DNA of 64,000 nt from positions 109,385 to 173,384 of IMG/VR virus record IMGVR_UViG_3300043409_001462. One strand, written 5' to 3'. Below, piece by piece: positions 33,360-42,464 of the stretch. A program made the translations under genes and the position numbers. This DNA is from a virus. Under the pieces are notes generated by a model. That model had not been told where the DNA came from. It worked only from the letters and a program-made list of their open reading frames with translations, and ran no database searches. Numbering within the stretch: the stretch's first letter is position 1; the number at the start of each line of letters is the position of its first letter.

Positions 33360-34121
33360 ATGGCACAATGGGGTAGAAACGATCAGGCTGTTACAGCTAA
33401 CACTAGTACTACTGTAGAAACATCAACTGGCGCACCAATCGGTACTTGGGCTCTCGTAAAAGGTAGCGGCAACGGTACAACACCAATCGCAATGACACCA
33501 AATGGACATTTTGGTAACACGTCATCAGGTTCAAGAGCATCTGTTGACGTTAATATGTTCGGTAACACAACTCCAGGCGCTTTTATTCCTGGCGCTGCTT
33601 ATGGTGTATTCGGAGCTGGTGCTGATTCTAGTGGAGCTGCTGGTATTGAATTGGCAGTCGATAATGCTGCTGGTCGTAAATTGACTCATGCTGGATGGCA
33701 GCTACGTAAAGCTGGCACTGGTCCAGTAATCGGTGTTTCTTTTACTGGCGGTGCTGCTACTGCTTATAATAATGCTGATATTCTTGTTGTTAGATCAACT
33801 CAGGCTGGTGGCAATGCAGCAATTTCAATGACTACTAACTCAACTGGTGGTAGTTTAACTCTAGCAATTACTAATGCTGGTGCTGGATTTCTTGTAACAT
33901 CAATTCCAACTTCAAACTTAGTAATCACTAACACAGCTGGTGGTACAGCTGCTGGTAACTCAACAGTAACTAACTTTGTTGTAACTGTTGGTGGTCGTGC
34001 TGGTCGTGTGCAGTATGAAACACTTGTAGCTATGGGATCTCTTGGCGCTCAAACTGCCGCTTATGGTACTGCAGCTGCTGTAGCTGATGCATCGGACGAC
34101 GCAATTCTTCCAGATGCCTAA
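33360..34121 (+). CDS. Putative virion structural protein
   Basis: MAQWG...GRVQYETLVAM, Gly/Thr/Ala-rich; AATAAATA late-like promoter and AGGAGG RBS. Confidence 0.65.
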   Translation: MAQWGRNDQAVTANTSTTVETSTGAPIGTWALVKGSGNGTTPIAMTPNGHFGNTSSGSRASVDVNMFGNTTPGAFIPGAAYGVFGAGADSSGAAGIELAVDNAAGRKLTHAGWQLRKAGTGPVIGVSFTGGAATAYNNADILVVRSTQAGGNAAISMTTNSTGGSLTLAITNAGAGFLVTSIPTSNLVITNTAGGTAAGNSTVTNFVVTVGGRAGRVQYETLVAMGSLGAQTAAYGTAAAVADASDDAILPDA

Positions 34122-34137
34122 TAGTTAGGACTAACTG

Positions 34138-35283
34138 ATGGCTAATGATTCAAAAAAAGTATCGGAATTAACTGTTACTACTAGTCTATCTGCAAATGAT
34201 AGACTAGTAGTTCTTACCAATCCGAACACTTCTGGCGCCGCTGTAAAAACTATTACATCAACTACTTTTGCGAATTCTGTAGTTAATTATATACCAAAAG
34301 CTAACAGTTCTGTTCTTGGAATTGTTAGAGTAGGTAATAACATTGTATCTGTTAATGGTGTCATAAGCACTTCATATTCTCTTCCAAATTCAAGTATAGT
34401 AGGTTATATTTTAACAGTTAATTCTTCTGGTAATTCTGCATGGAGTGCATTTACTGGAGTAAATAATGTTAGAAGTATTTTTAGTGGTACTTCTAACAGT
34501 GTATCATCAGAAGATAGTGTATTATTAGTTAATCCATATGTTTCTGGTGCTAACGTTACTATTATTCTTCCAATCGAAAGCGCTATTGAAGGTAAAGAAA
34601 TTCTTATTAAGAATGTAGACGCTACAGGAAACAAAAAAGTAAGAATTACAACTGATGATGTTGGTAATGCTTATCTTGAAGATCCAATAACTGGTAGCTT
34701 TGTTACATATTATGATTTGATTGAAACAGGTCAAGCCGAAACATGGATTCATGATGGTAATGTTTATCGTCATTTAAACACAGCACGTGCTACTCCTATT
34801 TTCTATACTAACGCAAACACATACGCACAAGTTGTTATCAAAAATGCTTCTGCTGGTAATAATGCTTCTTCTGATCTAGTTTTATATAATAATGCTGGTG
34901 ACGAAGCAGCTGGTGCTGGTCCGTATATTGATTTAGGTATCAATAGTAATACGTATTCGAATTCATCATATAGTATTGGTGGATTTAGCGACGGATATCT
35001 ATTCAACGTTGGCGGTAATCTTACCGTTGGTACATCAGATGATAAATCTATCATTTTCCATGCTAATGGAACAACTGTAGATAAAAGAGTATTGACTATT
35101 AATAGTACAGCTGTAAGTATTAATAGTACTTCAGTATCGATAGCTGGTTTATTACAAGCACCACAAAGTACAAAACAAAACAACTCTACTGGAACTGTTG
35201 GACAAATTTGCTGGGATGGTAGCTATATATATGTATGCACTGCAACGAACGTTTGGAAAAGAGCAACACTTAACACATTTTAA
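34138..35283 (+). CDS. Putative tail-fibre/structural protein
   Basis: Asn/Ser/Thr-rich beta protein, KKVSEL start, C-terminal GTVGQICWDGSYIYVCTATNVWKR module. Confidence 0.65.
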   Translation: MANDSKKVSELTVTTSLSANDRLVVLTNPNTSGAAVKTITSTTFANSVVNYIPKANSSVLGIVRVGNNIVSVNGVISTSYSLPNSSIVGYILTVNSSGNSAWSAFTGVNNVRSIFSGTSNSVSSEDSVLLVNPYVSGANVTIILPIESAIEGKEILIKNVDATGNKKVRITTDDVGNAYLEDPITGSFVTYYDLIETGQAETWIHDGNVYRHLNTARATPIFYTNANTYAQVVIKNASAGNNASSDLVLYNNAGDEAAGAGPYIDLGINSNTYSNSSYSIGGFSDGYLFNVGGNLTVGTSDDKSIIFHANGTTVDKRVLTINSTAVSINSTSVSIAGLLQAPQSTKQNNSTGTVGQICWDGSYIYVCTATNVWKRATLNTF

Positions 35284-35293
35284 AGTAACATGA

Positions 35294-35695
35294 ATGATTT
35301 TTGAGAATTTGACTGATGATAATTTTTTAATTTATTGTGCTAAACATTATGATAACCCTCAGTGTCATTCAACTGAAGAGTTTATGGAAGACTTGAAACG
35401 CATAAAGTATATTAAAAAATTGATAACAAGATACGTAGAGAATGGTGATTTGAAAGAGAGATTAATTCTCAATCATCTTACCATTCTCTATAATGTTTTT
35501 GGGGCTGAACATTTATGTAGAATATTATACCTTAAAATGAAGCCGCAGTATAGTTATATTAAACCGTTTTTAATTATGTTAAATATAATACCAGAGCGAT
35601 TGTTTAATATAAAAGACGAAAAGATTATCGACACTAATACAATTCCAATGGACGAAAACATCGTCAAGATTTTAAGAGCATTATCAAATGGATAA
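35294..35695 (+). CDS. Hypothetical T4-like phage protein
   Basis: YDNPQC...EFMEDLKR...ERLILNH. Confidence 0.75.
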   Translation: MIFENLTDDNFLIYCAKHYDNPQCHSTEEFMEDLKRIKYIKKLITRYVENGDLKERLILNHLTILYNVFGAEHLCRILYLKMKPQYSYIKPFLIMLNIIPERLFNIKDEKIIDTNTIPMDENIVKILRALSNG

Positions 35696-35846
35696 AAAGT
35701 TAGTAAAAGAAGATGGTATTGCTCCTAGTGCAGTAAACGCTACTAGTCCAGCTGTTGCTGGAACTGCTGGTGATATAACATGGGCGAAACAGAAAAAAAA
35801 ACTTCGTGTTATAACCAGGCAGAACCCAAATGGCACCAACTGTTGA
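35688..35846 (+). CDS. 52-aa hypothetical protein (not in ORF track)
   Basis: MDKKLVKEDGIAPSAVN...; bridges neighbouring overlapping genes. Confidence 0.5.
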   Translation: MDKKLVKEDGIAPSAVNATSPAVAGTAGDITWAKQKKKLRVITRQNPNGTNC

Positions 35847-36204
35847 TCGTATTGATTCAATAATTGAAAAATTATCGTTAATTGCAATTGATTTAAAATC
35901 AATGATAGCAGTTCATGAGCAACGTATAAATCAGCAAGAAAAAGCTTCTATAGATATACAAATATCAGTTGAAAAACGTCGTGAAGAATTGGATATAAAA
36001 TTGAAAGATGTATACGATACGATTCGTGAAAGAGATGATAAACTTTTTGCTGAAATTAGAGCAAGTAGAGAAGAGCATAACAAACACTATCAATGTTTAA
36101 ATGAAAAATTTACATCCATTCAAAAAATTATATGGATGGCTATAGGTGGTGGTATTGTGCTAGGATATGCACTGTCTTTTATTACAAATTATTTAAAATT
36201 CTAG
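35830..36204 (+). CDS. Coiled-coil protein with C-terminal TM helix
   Basis: AVHEQRI coiled coil, WMAIGGGIVLG. Confidence 0.7.
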   Translation: MAPTVDRIDSIIEKLSLIAIDLKSMIAVHEQRINQQEKASIDIQISVEKRREELDIKLKDVYDTIRERDDKLFAEIRASREEHNKHYQCLNEKFTSIQKIIWMAIGGGIVLGYALSFITNYLKF

Positions 36205-36218
36205 GACAATAATAACCC

Positions 36219-36247
36219 TTTACTTTTTCCTATTATACCAGTATAAT
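36219..36247 (+). promoter_or_regulatory. Sigma70-type promoter for primase
   Basis: TTTACT-17-TATAAT. Confidence 0.6.
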
Positions 36248-36279
36248 TCTATGTGAGACTGTGATATAGGAGATAAGTT

Positions 36280-37305
36280 ATGGACTGGATTGAGAATAAA
36301 TACTTGATGTTGATTTCAAGTCGACTCGAGAGATTTAAAAGAAAATCAGGAAACGTGTTTAACTTTCGTTGTCCGATTTGTGGTGACTCAGAAACACATA
36401 AAAATAAAACTCGTGGATACATATATGATAAGAAAGGTAAGTCGCTTTTCCACTGTCATAACTGCAATGCCACAATGGGCTTGAGTAATCTAATCAAATC
36501 AATAGATCAAGTTCTCTATAATGAGATGCAGCTTGAAAAGCTAAGAGGCGAAAAAACACCAGAGCAAACAGAGCTTGAATCGTTCGTAGAAAAAATGAAG
36601 AAACCTATCTTTATGAAAGAAGGTCCATTGAAAGGACTTAAGAAGGTTTCGCAGCTATCGCCAGACCATAGAGTAAAGAAGCTGGTTGACGCTCGTAAAA
36701 TTCCTAACCCATATCACGCCAAGTTATTTTCTTGCCCCAATTTTAAACAGTTTACAAACAATTTGATTCCTAATAAGTTCGATGAGGAATCTATTGCAAG
36801 AGATGAAACACGTTTATTGATTCCATTTTTTGACAAAGAAAAGAGGTTACATGCTTACCAAGGTCGCGCATTGGGTGACTCCAAAGTTAAATATATTACG
36901 ATTATTCTTGATGATTCAGTCCCTAAATTGTATGGCTTGGATAGTGTCGATTTTACAAAAACTTTATATGTTTTTGAAGGTCCGATTGACTCCATGTTCA
37001 TACCTAACTCAATCGCTACTGCGGGTGGTGATTTGGTTAGTTCTATTGGAATGTACGGTGATAAAAAAAATATCGTTATTGTCTATGACAACGAACCAAG
37101 ATCAAAAGACACAATAAAAAAGCTTGACAAAGCGATCATGCAGGGGTATAATATTGTAATATGGCCTGATAACCTAGAGCATAAAGACATCAACGATATG
37201 GTTCTTGCAGGTATGAGTTCTGAGTTTATTACGCATATTTTGAAAACAAATACCTACCGAGATCTAGCTGCCAAGCTAGCGCTAACTAAATGGAGCAAAG
37301 TGTGA
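36280..37305 (+). CDS. 61: DNA primase (T4 gp61)
   Basis: CPICGDS...CHNC zinc finger, EGPIDS, YDNE, KDINDM TOPRIM motifs. Confidence 0.95.
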   Translation: MDWIENKYLMLISSRLERFKRKSGNVFNFRCPICGDSETHKNKTRGYIYDKKGKSLFHCHNCNATMGLSNLIKSIDQVLYNEMQLEKLRGEKTPEQTELESFVEKMKKPIFMKEGPLKGLKKVSQLSPDHRVKKLVDARKIPNPYHAKLFSCPNFKQFTNNLIPNKFDEESIARDETRLLIPFFDKEKRLHAYQGRALGDSKVKYITIILDDSVPKLYGLDSVDFTKTLYVFEGPIDSMFIPNSIATAGGDLVSSIGMYGDKKNIVIVYDNEPRSKDTIKKLDKAIMQGYNIVIWPDNLEHKDINDMVLAGMSSEFITHILKTNTYRDLAAKLALTKWSKV

Positions 37306-37715
37306 TGGAAGATGATATCGTTAGTCGTATCGATAAGCTGATACTTGGTTGGGAACGAGAGTATGGTATCACCAACAAGACGATGGTTGATGCTATGTTA
37401 ACAATCATTGATTTGCGTTCTAAGATTCCTGGATACGATGATCTTCATACAATTATCGAAAAGCAAGAAGAAGAAATTCATATGCTTCGCGCTCAGTGTC
37501 TTATTCGTAAAGATATGATTGAAAAGCTTAAGTCAGGTCCTGGTGGCATCATGGAAATGAAACAAACTATTGCTGATCTAGAAAAGTACCGTAACCTCGT
37601 AGAGTTTATCGCCAATGACTATATCGAGTTGAGTTATGAGAAAGCTCAATGTCAGCGTGATGATTGGCGCAAGCGTTGTAATAAACTTATAAAGGAATTA
37701 AATAATGGCATATAG
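37305..37715 (+). CDS. Hypothetical protein
   Basis: TGATG coupling to primase, GGAG RBS. Confidence 0.65.
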   Translation: MEDDIVSRIDKLILGWEREYGITNKTMVDAMLTIIDLRSKIPGYDDLHTIIEKQEEEIHMLRAQCLIRKDMIEKLKSGPGGIMEMKQTIADLEKYRNLVEFIANDYIELSYEKAQCQRDDWRKRCNKLIKELNNGI

Positions 37716-37929
37716 TCAAACAGGCAATCCATTGAAAGATGATTTGCTTTTTAAATTGTTTCAAGATCATGTTAGGCAAGAGCTTCGAACAGCATTAACG
37801 CCTGTAATTGAACAGGTTGTTGATAGCTGTATTGATAAAGCTATTGATAGTATGGGTGTTACGATTCATAGTTATTATGATCATACTGGTCTTGGGCAAG
37901 TAGTCAAGATCATTATGGAAAAGAAATGA
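37705..37929 (+). CDS. Hypothetical protein
   Basis: Overlapping chain. Confidence 0.65.
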   Translation: MAYSQTGNPLKDDLLFKLFQDHVRQELRTALTPVIEQVVDSCIDKAIDSMGVTIHSYYDHTGLGQVVKIIMEKK

Positions 37930-38306
37930 CAAAAATAGATAGATTGGTTTTAGGTGCATATATGACTGGATACAAATCTAAAAAAATGCTGGCCGAAAGC
38001 CGCGAACCAGACGTACCTGATGTAGATTATCATTATAGAGAGACAAGTGATATGATTATGGAAAAGGCTAACTCTGATTTGTTCTACAATCTTCGTCATT
38101 TGAAGATGTTTAAAGAACGTACTAAGATGGAAAAGTCCCGTTGGTTTATTACCTGGGATGATGGTGATAGAATTATCGTTCATGACGACCGTAAGCAAGT
38201 TATTTGTGAACTCGATGATATTGTAATGGCTGAGTATATTTGCTCACTACATAATATGTCTTTTATGTTAATTAAGGAAGTGGAGCAAAAATATGAAACT
38301 TGTTAA
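37926..38306 (+). CDS. Hypothetical protein
   Basis: ATGA coupling. Confidence 0.65.
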   Translation: MTKIDRLVLGAYMTGYKSKKMLAESREPDVPDVDYHYRETSDMIMEKANSDLFYNLRHLKMFKERTKMEKSRWFITWDDGDRIIVHDDRKQVICELDDIVMAEYICSLHNMSFMLIKEVEQKYETC

Positions 38307-38508
38307 ATTTACAAATAACAATGAACAGTTAAAGGGTATGCCTGTTTATTTGATGGACGAACATATCGTTTCTGTATTTGAAATGCCAACAGAAGGTGGT
38401 AGTTTAGTTACTTCTATCTATGGTATCCGTGGTGATACATGGTATGTTGAGGAAGGTTTAAAGGAAGTTGTTGATATTGTTAATGGGAGAATAATTGATG
38501 CCCGCTAA
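38293..38508 (+). CDS. Small protein, FlbD-like
   Basis: LVKFT...PVYL..EHIVSV.E...T.I...VEE...EVV pattern. Confidence 0.5.
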   Translation: MKLVKFTNNNEQLKGMPVYLMDEHIVSVFEMPTEGGSLVTSIYGIRGDTWYVEEGLKEVVDIVNGRIIDAR

Positions 38509-39211
38509 AATTATTGCTGTTACACAGCCATTGATACATAAAAGTGGCGATGTTATATATGACGAATCTGGATTTATTATTGGTGAGGCTGATGGTTTAA
38601 AACTTACAGTCGATGAATTTATCGCCTATGTTGCTCGTGTATCTAATCCAGGTAATCAACATAACACCTTGACTGCACCAAAGCTGCTTCGTTATCTTGC
38701 CAAGCATAAGCACTGGTCGCCATTCGAGATGGTTAATGTGGTTATGGAGATAAATACGACTAGAGATATTGGTCGTCAGATCCTTCGCCATCGTTCCTTC
38801 ACCTTCCAGGAGTTTAGTCAACGCTATGCAGATCCAACCAAAGATATGGGGTTTACCGTTCGTGAAGCCCGTTTACAAGATATATCCAATCGACAAAATT
38901 CCGTCGAAACGGACGATGAAGCAATTCAAAAAAGATGGATTGACCAACAAAATTGGGTCAGAGAACTCTCAATGCAAGTCTATCAGGAAGCAATCGCAAA
39001 CGGAATTGCCAAGGAGCAAGCACGTGCTGTCTTACCAGAAGGACTTATTCTTAGCCGCATGTATATGGCTGGCAGTCTTCGCTCTTGGATTCATTATTGC
39101 CAACTGAGATCTGGTATTGAAACGCAGAAAGAACATCGTGAAATTGCTCTTGATGCTTGGTATCAGATTACTGAGCACTTCCCATCTCTTAAGGATGCCC
39201 TGGATATATAA
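38495..39211 (+). CDS. thyX: FAD-dependent thymidylate synthase
   Basis: HWSPFE, QILRHRSFTFQEFSQRY, EQARAVLP, TQKEHR. Confidence 0.95.
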   Translation: MMPAKIIAVTQPLIHKSGDVIYDESGFIIGEADGLKLTVDEFIAYVARVSNPGNQHNTLTAPKLLRYLAKHKHWSPFEMVNVVMEINTTRDIGRQILRHRSFTFQEFSQRYADPTKDMGFTVREARLQDISNRQNSVETDDEAIQKRWIDQQNWVRELSMQVYQEAIANGIAKEQARAVLPEGLILSRMYMAGSLRSWIHYCQLRSGIETQKEHREIALDAWYQITEHFPSLKDALDI

Positions 39212-39214
39212 ATA
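39207..39214 (+). promoter_or_regulatory. T4-type late promoter for the curli-like operon
   Basis: TATAAATA. Confidence 0.7.
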
Positions 39215-39233
39215 GTGGGTAACGGAGATTAAC

Positions 39234-39671
39234 ATGAAGAAATTAGCGTTCATATTCTTTCTAATTTCTTCTGTTTCTTTTGCTGGTGAAATTCAATTTG
39301 GATTCAAGAGTCCATCATTTAACGGTGTAGGATACTCTTCTCATGTTCTTACTATTGAAAACTTAGAAGCAACAAGAAAGCAGAAGATATTCGACGATAG
39401 AAAATCAGCTGCTGAAAAGGCTGCTTCTGATGCAAAGAATACGAACCTAGCTAAGTTTCTCAATAACTTAGAGAGTCGTATATACGCTACTATTTCTCAA
39501 AATATTGCTTCCGAATTGTTTAAAGACGGGGGAGCATCGGCAGGTGAATTTAATATCCAAGGTAATAACTTACAGTGGGTTTCTGATGGTTCAACTATTA
39601 CGTTACGAATAACTGATCCAGGTGGAAGTGTGACGCAAGTGGTTGTACCTTATGGGAGTTTGGCATGGTAA
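39234..39671 (+). CDS. csgF: Curli assembly protein CsgF-like
   Basis: Signal peptide then GEIQFGFKSPSFNG (cf. CsgF GTMTFQFRNPNFGG), F..NLESRI, ITDPGG.VT. Confidence 0.8.
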   Translation: MKKLAFIFFLISSVSFAGEIQFGFKSPSFNGVGYSSHVLTIENLEATRKQKIFDDRKSAAEKAASDAKNTNLAKFLNNLESRIYATISQNIASELFKDGGASAGEFNIQGNNLQWVSDGSTITLRITDPGGSVTQVVVPYGSLAW

Positions 39672-40471
39672 AGTATACAGCTATAGTATTAGCTTTGTTA
39701 CTTGGTGGATGTACTGGTAAGCAAGTAACAACACAATCTGTTGTTGAAGCTGAGGTTGATGCGCCTGAGATTATAACTCACAAGCGTTTCAACGAGATTG
39801 TCAACATTACACCACCAGTTGGGGATCCTATTCCAATTGCAGTTTATCGCTTTCAAGATATGTCTGGTCAACGTAAGCCTAATAACAATTATGCATCATT
39901 GAGCTCTGCTGTTACTCAGGGCGGTGATGTATTTCTTATCAAGGCATTACAGGACGCTGGTAAGGGTAAATGGTTTCAACCTGTAGAGCGTGTTGGTCTC
40001 GAGAATTTAGTTAAAGAGCGTCAGCTTATTCGCTCGCAGAGAGAAACATATGAAAAGGATCAGGCAAAGCCACTGGTACCTCTTATTGTAGCAGGAGTTA
40101 TGATTGATGGTGGAATTGTCGGTTATGATACTAATATGGGTACTGGTGGTATTGGCGCTCGCTTTCTTGGAATAGGTGTCGACCAACAGTATCGTAAAGA
40201 TGAAATAACAGTTATGGTTCGATTGATCTCAGTCAACACTGGTGAGATATTAATATCAACTGGAGCTACTAAAACTATCTATTCTACAGGAACTAACTTA
40301 AACTTGATGAAGTTTGTTGATGCTGGTACTAAGTCGTTTGAACTTGAGGCTGGTTCTTCCGTCAACGAGCCTACAACATATGCTGTTAGAATAGCTATTG
40401 AAGCAGCTATTGTTGATATGATTAAAGAAGGCGTAAAGAAGAAAATCTGGGCTTATAAGAAAGGAAAATAA
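39665..40471 (+). CDS. csgG: Curli secretion channel CsgG
   Basis: Lipobox LLGG-C, AVYRFQDMSGQRK, AVTQG, WFQPVERVGLENLVKERQLIR, GARFLGIG, NEP. Confidence 0.92.
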   Translation: MVKYTAIVLALLLGGCTGKQVTTQSVVEAEVDAPEIITHKRFNEIVNITPPVGDPIPIAVYRFQDMSGQRKPNNNYASLSSAVTQGGDVFLIKALQDAGKGKWFQPVERVGLENLVKERQLIRSQRETYEKDQAKPLVPLIVAGVMIDGGIVGYDTNMGTGGIGARFLGIGVDQQYRKDEITVMVRLISVNTGEILISTGATKTIYSTGTNLNLMKFVDAGTKSFELEAGSSVNEPTTYAVRIAIEAAIVDMIKEGVKKKIWAYKKGK

Positions 40472-41146
40472 ATGAAAACACTAACAAGAATGATTGCGTT
40501 TTTGTCATTCTTTGTTATGATTCAGTATGCATATGCGGCAGGTAATAAAATATACGTTGACCAAATTGGTGATGGTTCAAATATAACTATGACGCAAACT
40601 GGAAGTGATAACGGGATTGGTACACCTACCACCCGTAGTATGTTTAGTGGCACAAACAACACAGTAACAGTATCTCAAATAGGTAATCAAAACAACCAAT
40701 TAATCAAAGTAATTGGTGATGGTGTTACTTTGAATTCAACTATCACTGGTAATACAAACCAAGTTGATATTGAATGTACTTCTTGTACAGCATCAAGTAT
40801 AACCAGTGCAGTAACTGGTAGTAGTAATTTAGTTACAATAACTAACGAAAATTTAACAAATACAGCTTTAACAATTGATTCAGATAATAACACTGTCACA
40901 ATGACCAATAACTCATCTTCTATTGGCGGCGTAAATAACGTCATCAATATTTCTGGTGGTAATGGCAACCAAGTAACCATTGATCAAACAGGGGTTGCTG
41001 GTCCACTTGGTCATAAGATTGATTTGGCAGTAACTGGTGCGCTTAATAATGTTCAAATAGGACAAGGCGGATCAGTTGATTCAATCGTTAATAGTACGAT
41101 TACTGGCTCTAGCAACACTCTTATTATTAAGTCTAACCACCAGTAG
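40472..41146 (+). CDS. Curlin-repeat-like secreted protein (CsgA/CsgB-like)
   Basis: Signal peptide plus repeated Q-x-G-x-x-N / TG-x-x-N beta-arch units. Confidence 0.75.
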   Translation: MKTLTRMIAFLSFFVMIQYAYAAGNKIYVDQIGDGSNITMTQTGSDNGIGTPTTRSMFSGTNNTVTVSQIGNQNNQLIKVIGDGVTLNSTITGNTNQVDIECTSCTASSITSAVTGSSNLVTITNENLTNTALTIDSDNNTVTMTNNSSSIGGVNNVINISGGNGNQVTIDQTGVAGPLGHKIDLAVTGALNNVQIGQGGSVDSIVNSTITGSSNTLIIKSNHQ

Positions 41147-42182
41147 TGGTGAAATAGGCAAGGTTACAGAGCAATCTGGACCTACTGAAATACGCAGAGA
41201 CAAAGCAAACTTACCTAGCTCAATATCATCAGGTATTGAGATGAGTGATATTGTTACTACGGCTAATAGCAAAACTGCTATTACATTTAAAGATGATACT
41301 AAGGTACAAATAACAGAACAGAGTAAACTTGTTATTGATACGTTTGTTTATGATGGTGAAAAGAAAACTGGTAAACTTGCTATCAAGATGGCTCTTGGCA
41401 CTATTAAATATGCAAGCGGTCAGATAGCAAAAAATGACCCACAGCAAGTTGTGGTAGAAACACCAACAGCAACGATTGGTGTAAGAGGAACAGATTTTTC
41501 GGGGACTGTAGATGAAACTGGACGCTCAACAATCATATTGTTACCATCATGCCCACTGGGTTGGAAAAGTATTGAAAGAGATTGTGTTACTGGTAATATT
41601 TCTGTCACTACTATTATGGGCACTATCTGGTTAACAAAACCGTTCGAAGCAGTTGTTGTTAATACAGTTATAGCACAACCAAAGTCAGCTATATTGAATC
41701 TCAGTTTAGATCAGATTAATAATATGCTGATCGTTACGCCTCCTAAAGAAGTTAGAGAAGAGCGTACAAGAGATAAAAGTAAAGCTTTCAATTTTCTTGA
41801 TGAGAATGCTCTTGATAAAGATCTGTTAAAATTTGATGGTTTAGATAACAATGCATTAGATAAACCAACAGGTCTAGAAAGAAACTATTTAGATTCTGAT
41901 TTCCTTTTGAACTATTTGGATATTCAGAACAGTCAAATGTTGAGTAATGAACTGGATGAGTTTAATGGATTGTTGCCTAAATATAATAAATCTACAGGGT
42001 TGAAATATACGGTTGATGATACTACTTTGTCATTGTATAGGGAAACCTATTCTAGTTATTTTGAATTAAAAGTAGATACAACAAGAAGCTTGACTTTGAA
42101 TATTAATCAAGATAACCTAGCAATTAAACAGATAGTAAATAGTGCTGGATCAACAACAATAACAATAAAACAGAGTAACTGA
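41076..42182 (+). CDS. FecR-domain periplasmic protein
   Basis: DIVTT, F.D.T.V.I.E.S.L.ID, TPTATIGVRGTDF. Confidence 0.85.
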   Translation: MIQSLIVRLLALATLLLLSLTTSSGEIGKVTEQSGPTEIRRDKANLPSSISSGIEMSDIVTTANSKTAITFKDDTKVQITEQSKLVIDTFVYDGEKKTGKLAIKMALGTIKYASGQIAKNDPQQVVVETPTATIGVRGTDFSGTVDETGRSTIILLPSCPLGWKSIERDCVTGNISVTTIMGTIWLTKPFEAVVVNTVIAQPKSAILNLSLDQINNMLIVTPPKEVREERTRDKSKAFNFLDENALDKDLLKFDGLDNNALDKPTGLERNYLDSDFLLNYLDIQNSQMLSNELDEFNGLLPKYNKSTGLKYTVDDTTLSLYRETYSSYFELKVDTTRSLTLNINQDNLAIKQIVNSAGSTTITIKQSN

Positions 42183-42183
42183 T

Positions 42184-42462
42184 ATGTCATTACTTCGTAT
42201 AGCAATATTATTGATTTTCGTTAATTTGAGCTGTTATGCTAATGCTCAAACCGTAAACAATGCAACCGTGAATATACAAGGAGCGAATCAAAGTGTATCT
42301 ATTACTCAGTCTGGTGCTGGCCATTCTGCTAATCTTAACTTTATTGGCGATAGCATCAATGCAATTATCTCTCAAACTGGAAACACACCTCAGTCGTTTA
42401 GCCTTTCTGTTACTTGTGGTTACAGTTGTCCTGTCTCCCCTTATATTGTTAATCAGTACTAG
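42184..42462 (+). CDS. Small curlin-like secreted protein
   Basis: Signal peptide, N.A.V.IQGANQ, ITQSG, ISQTG repeats. Confidence 0.6.
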   Translation: MSLLRIAILLIFVNLSCYANAQTVNNATVNIQGANQSVSITQSGAGHSANLNFIGDSINAIISQTGNTPQSFSLSVTCGYSCPVSPYIVNQY

Positions 42463-42464
42463 CG

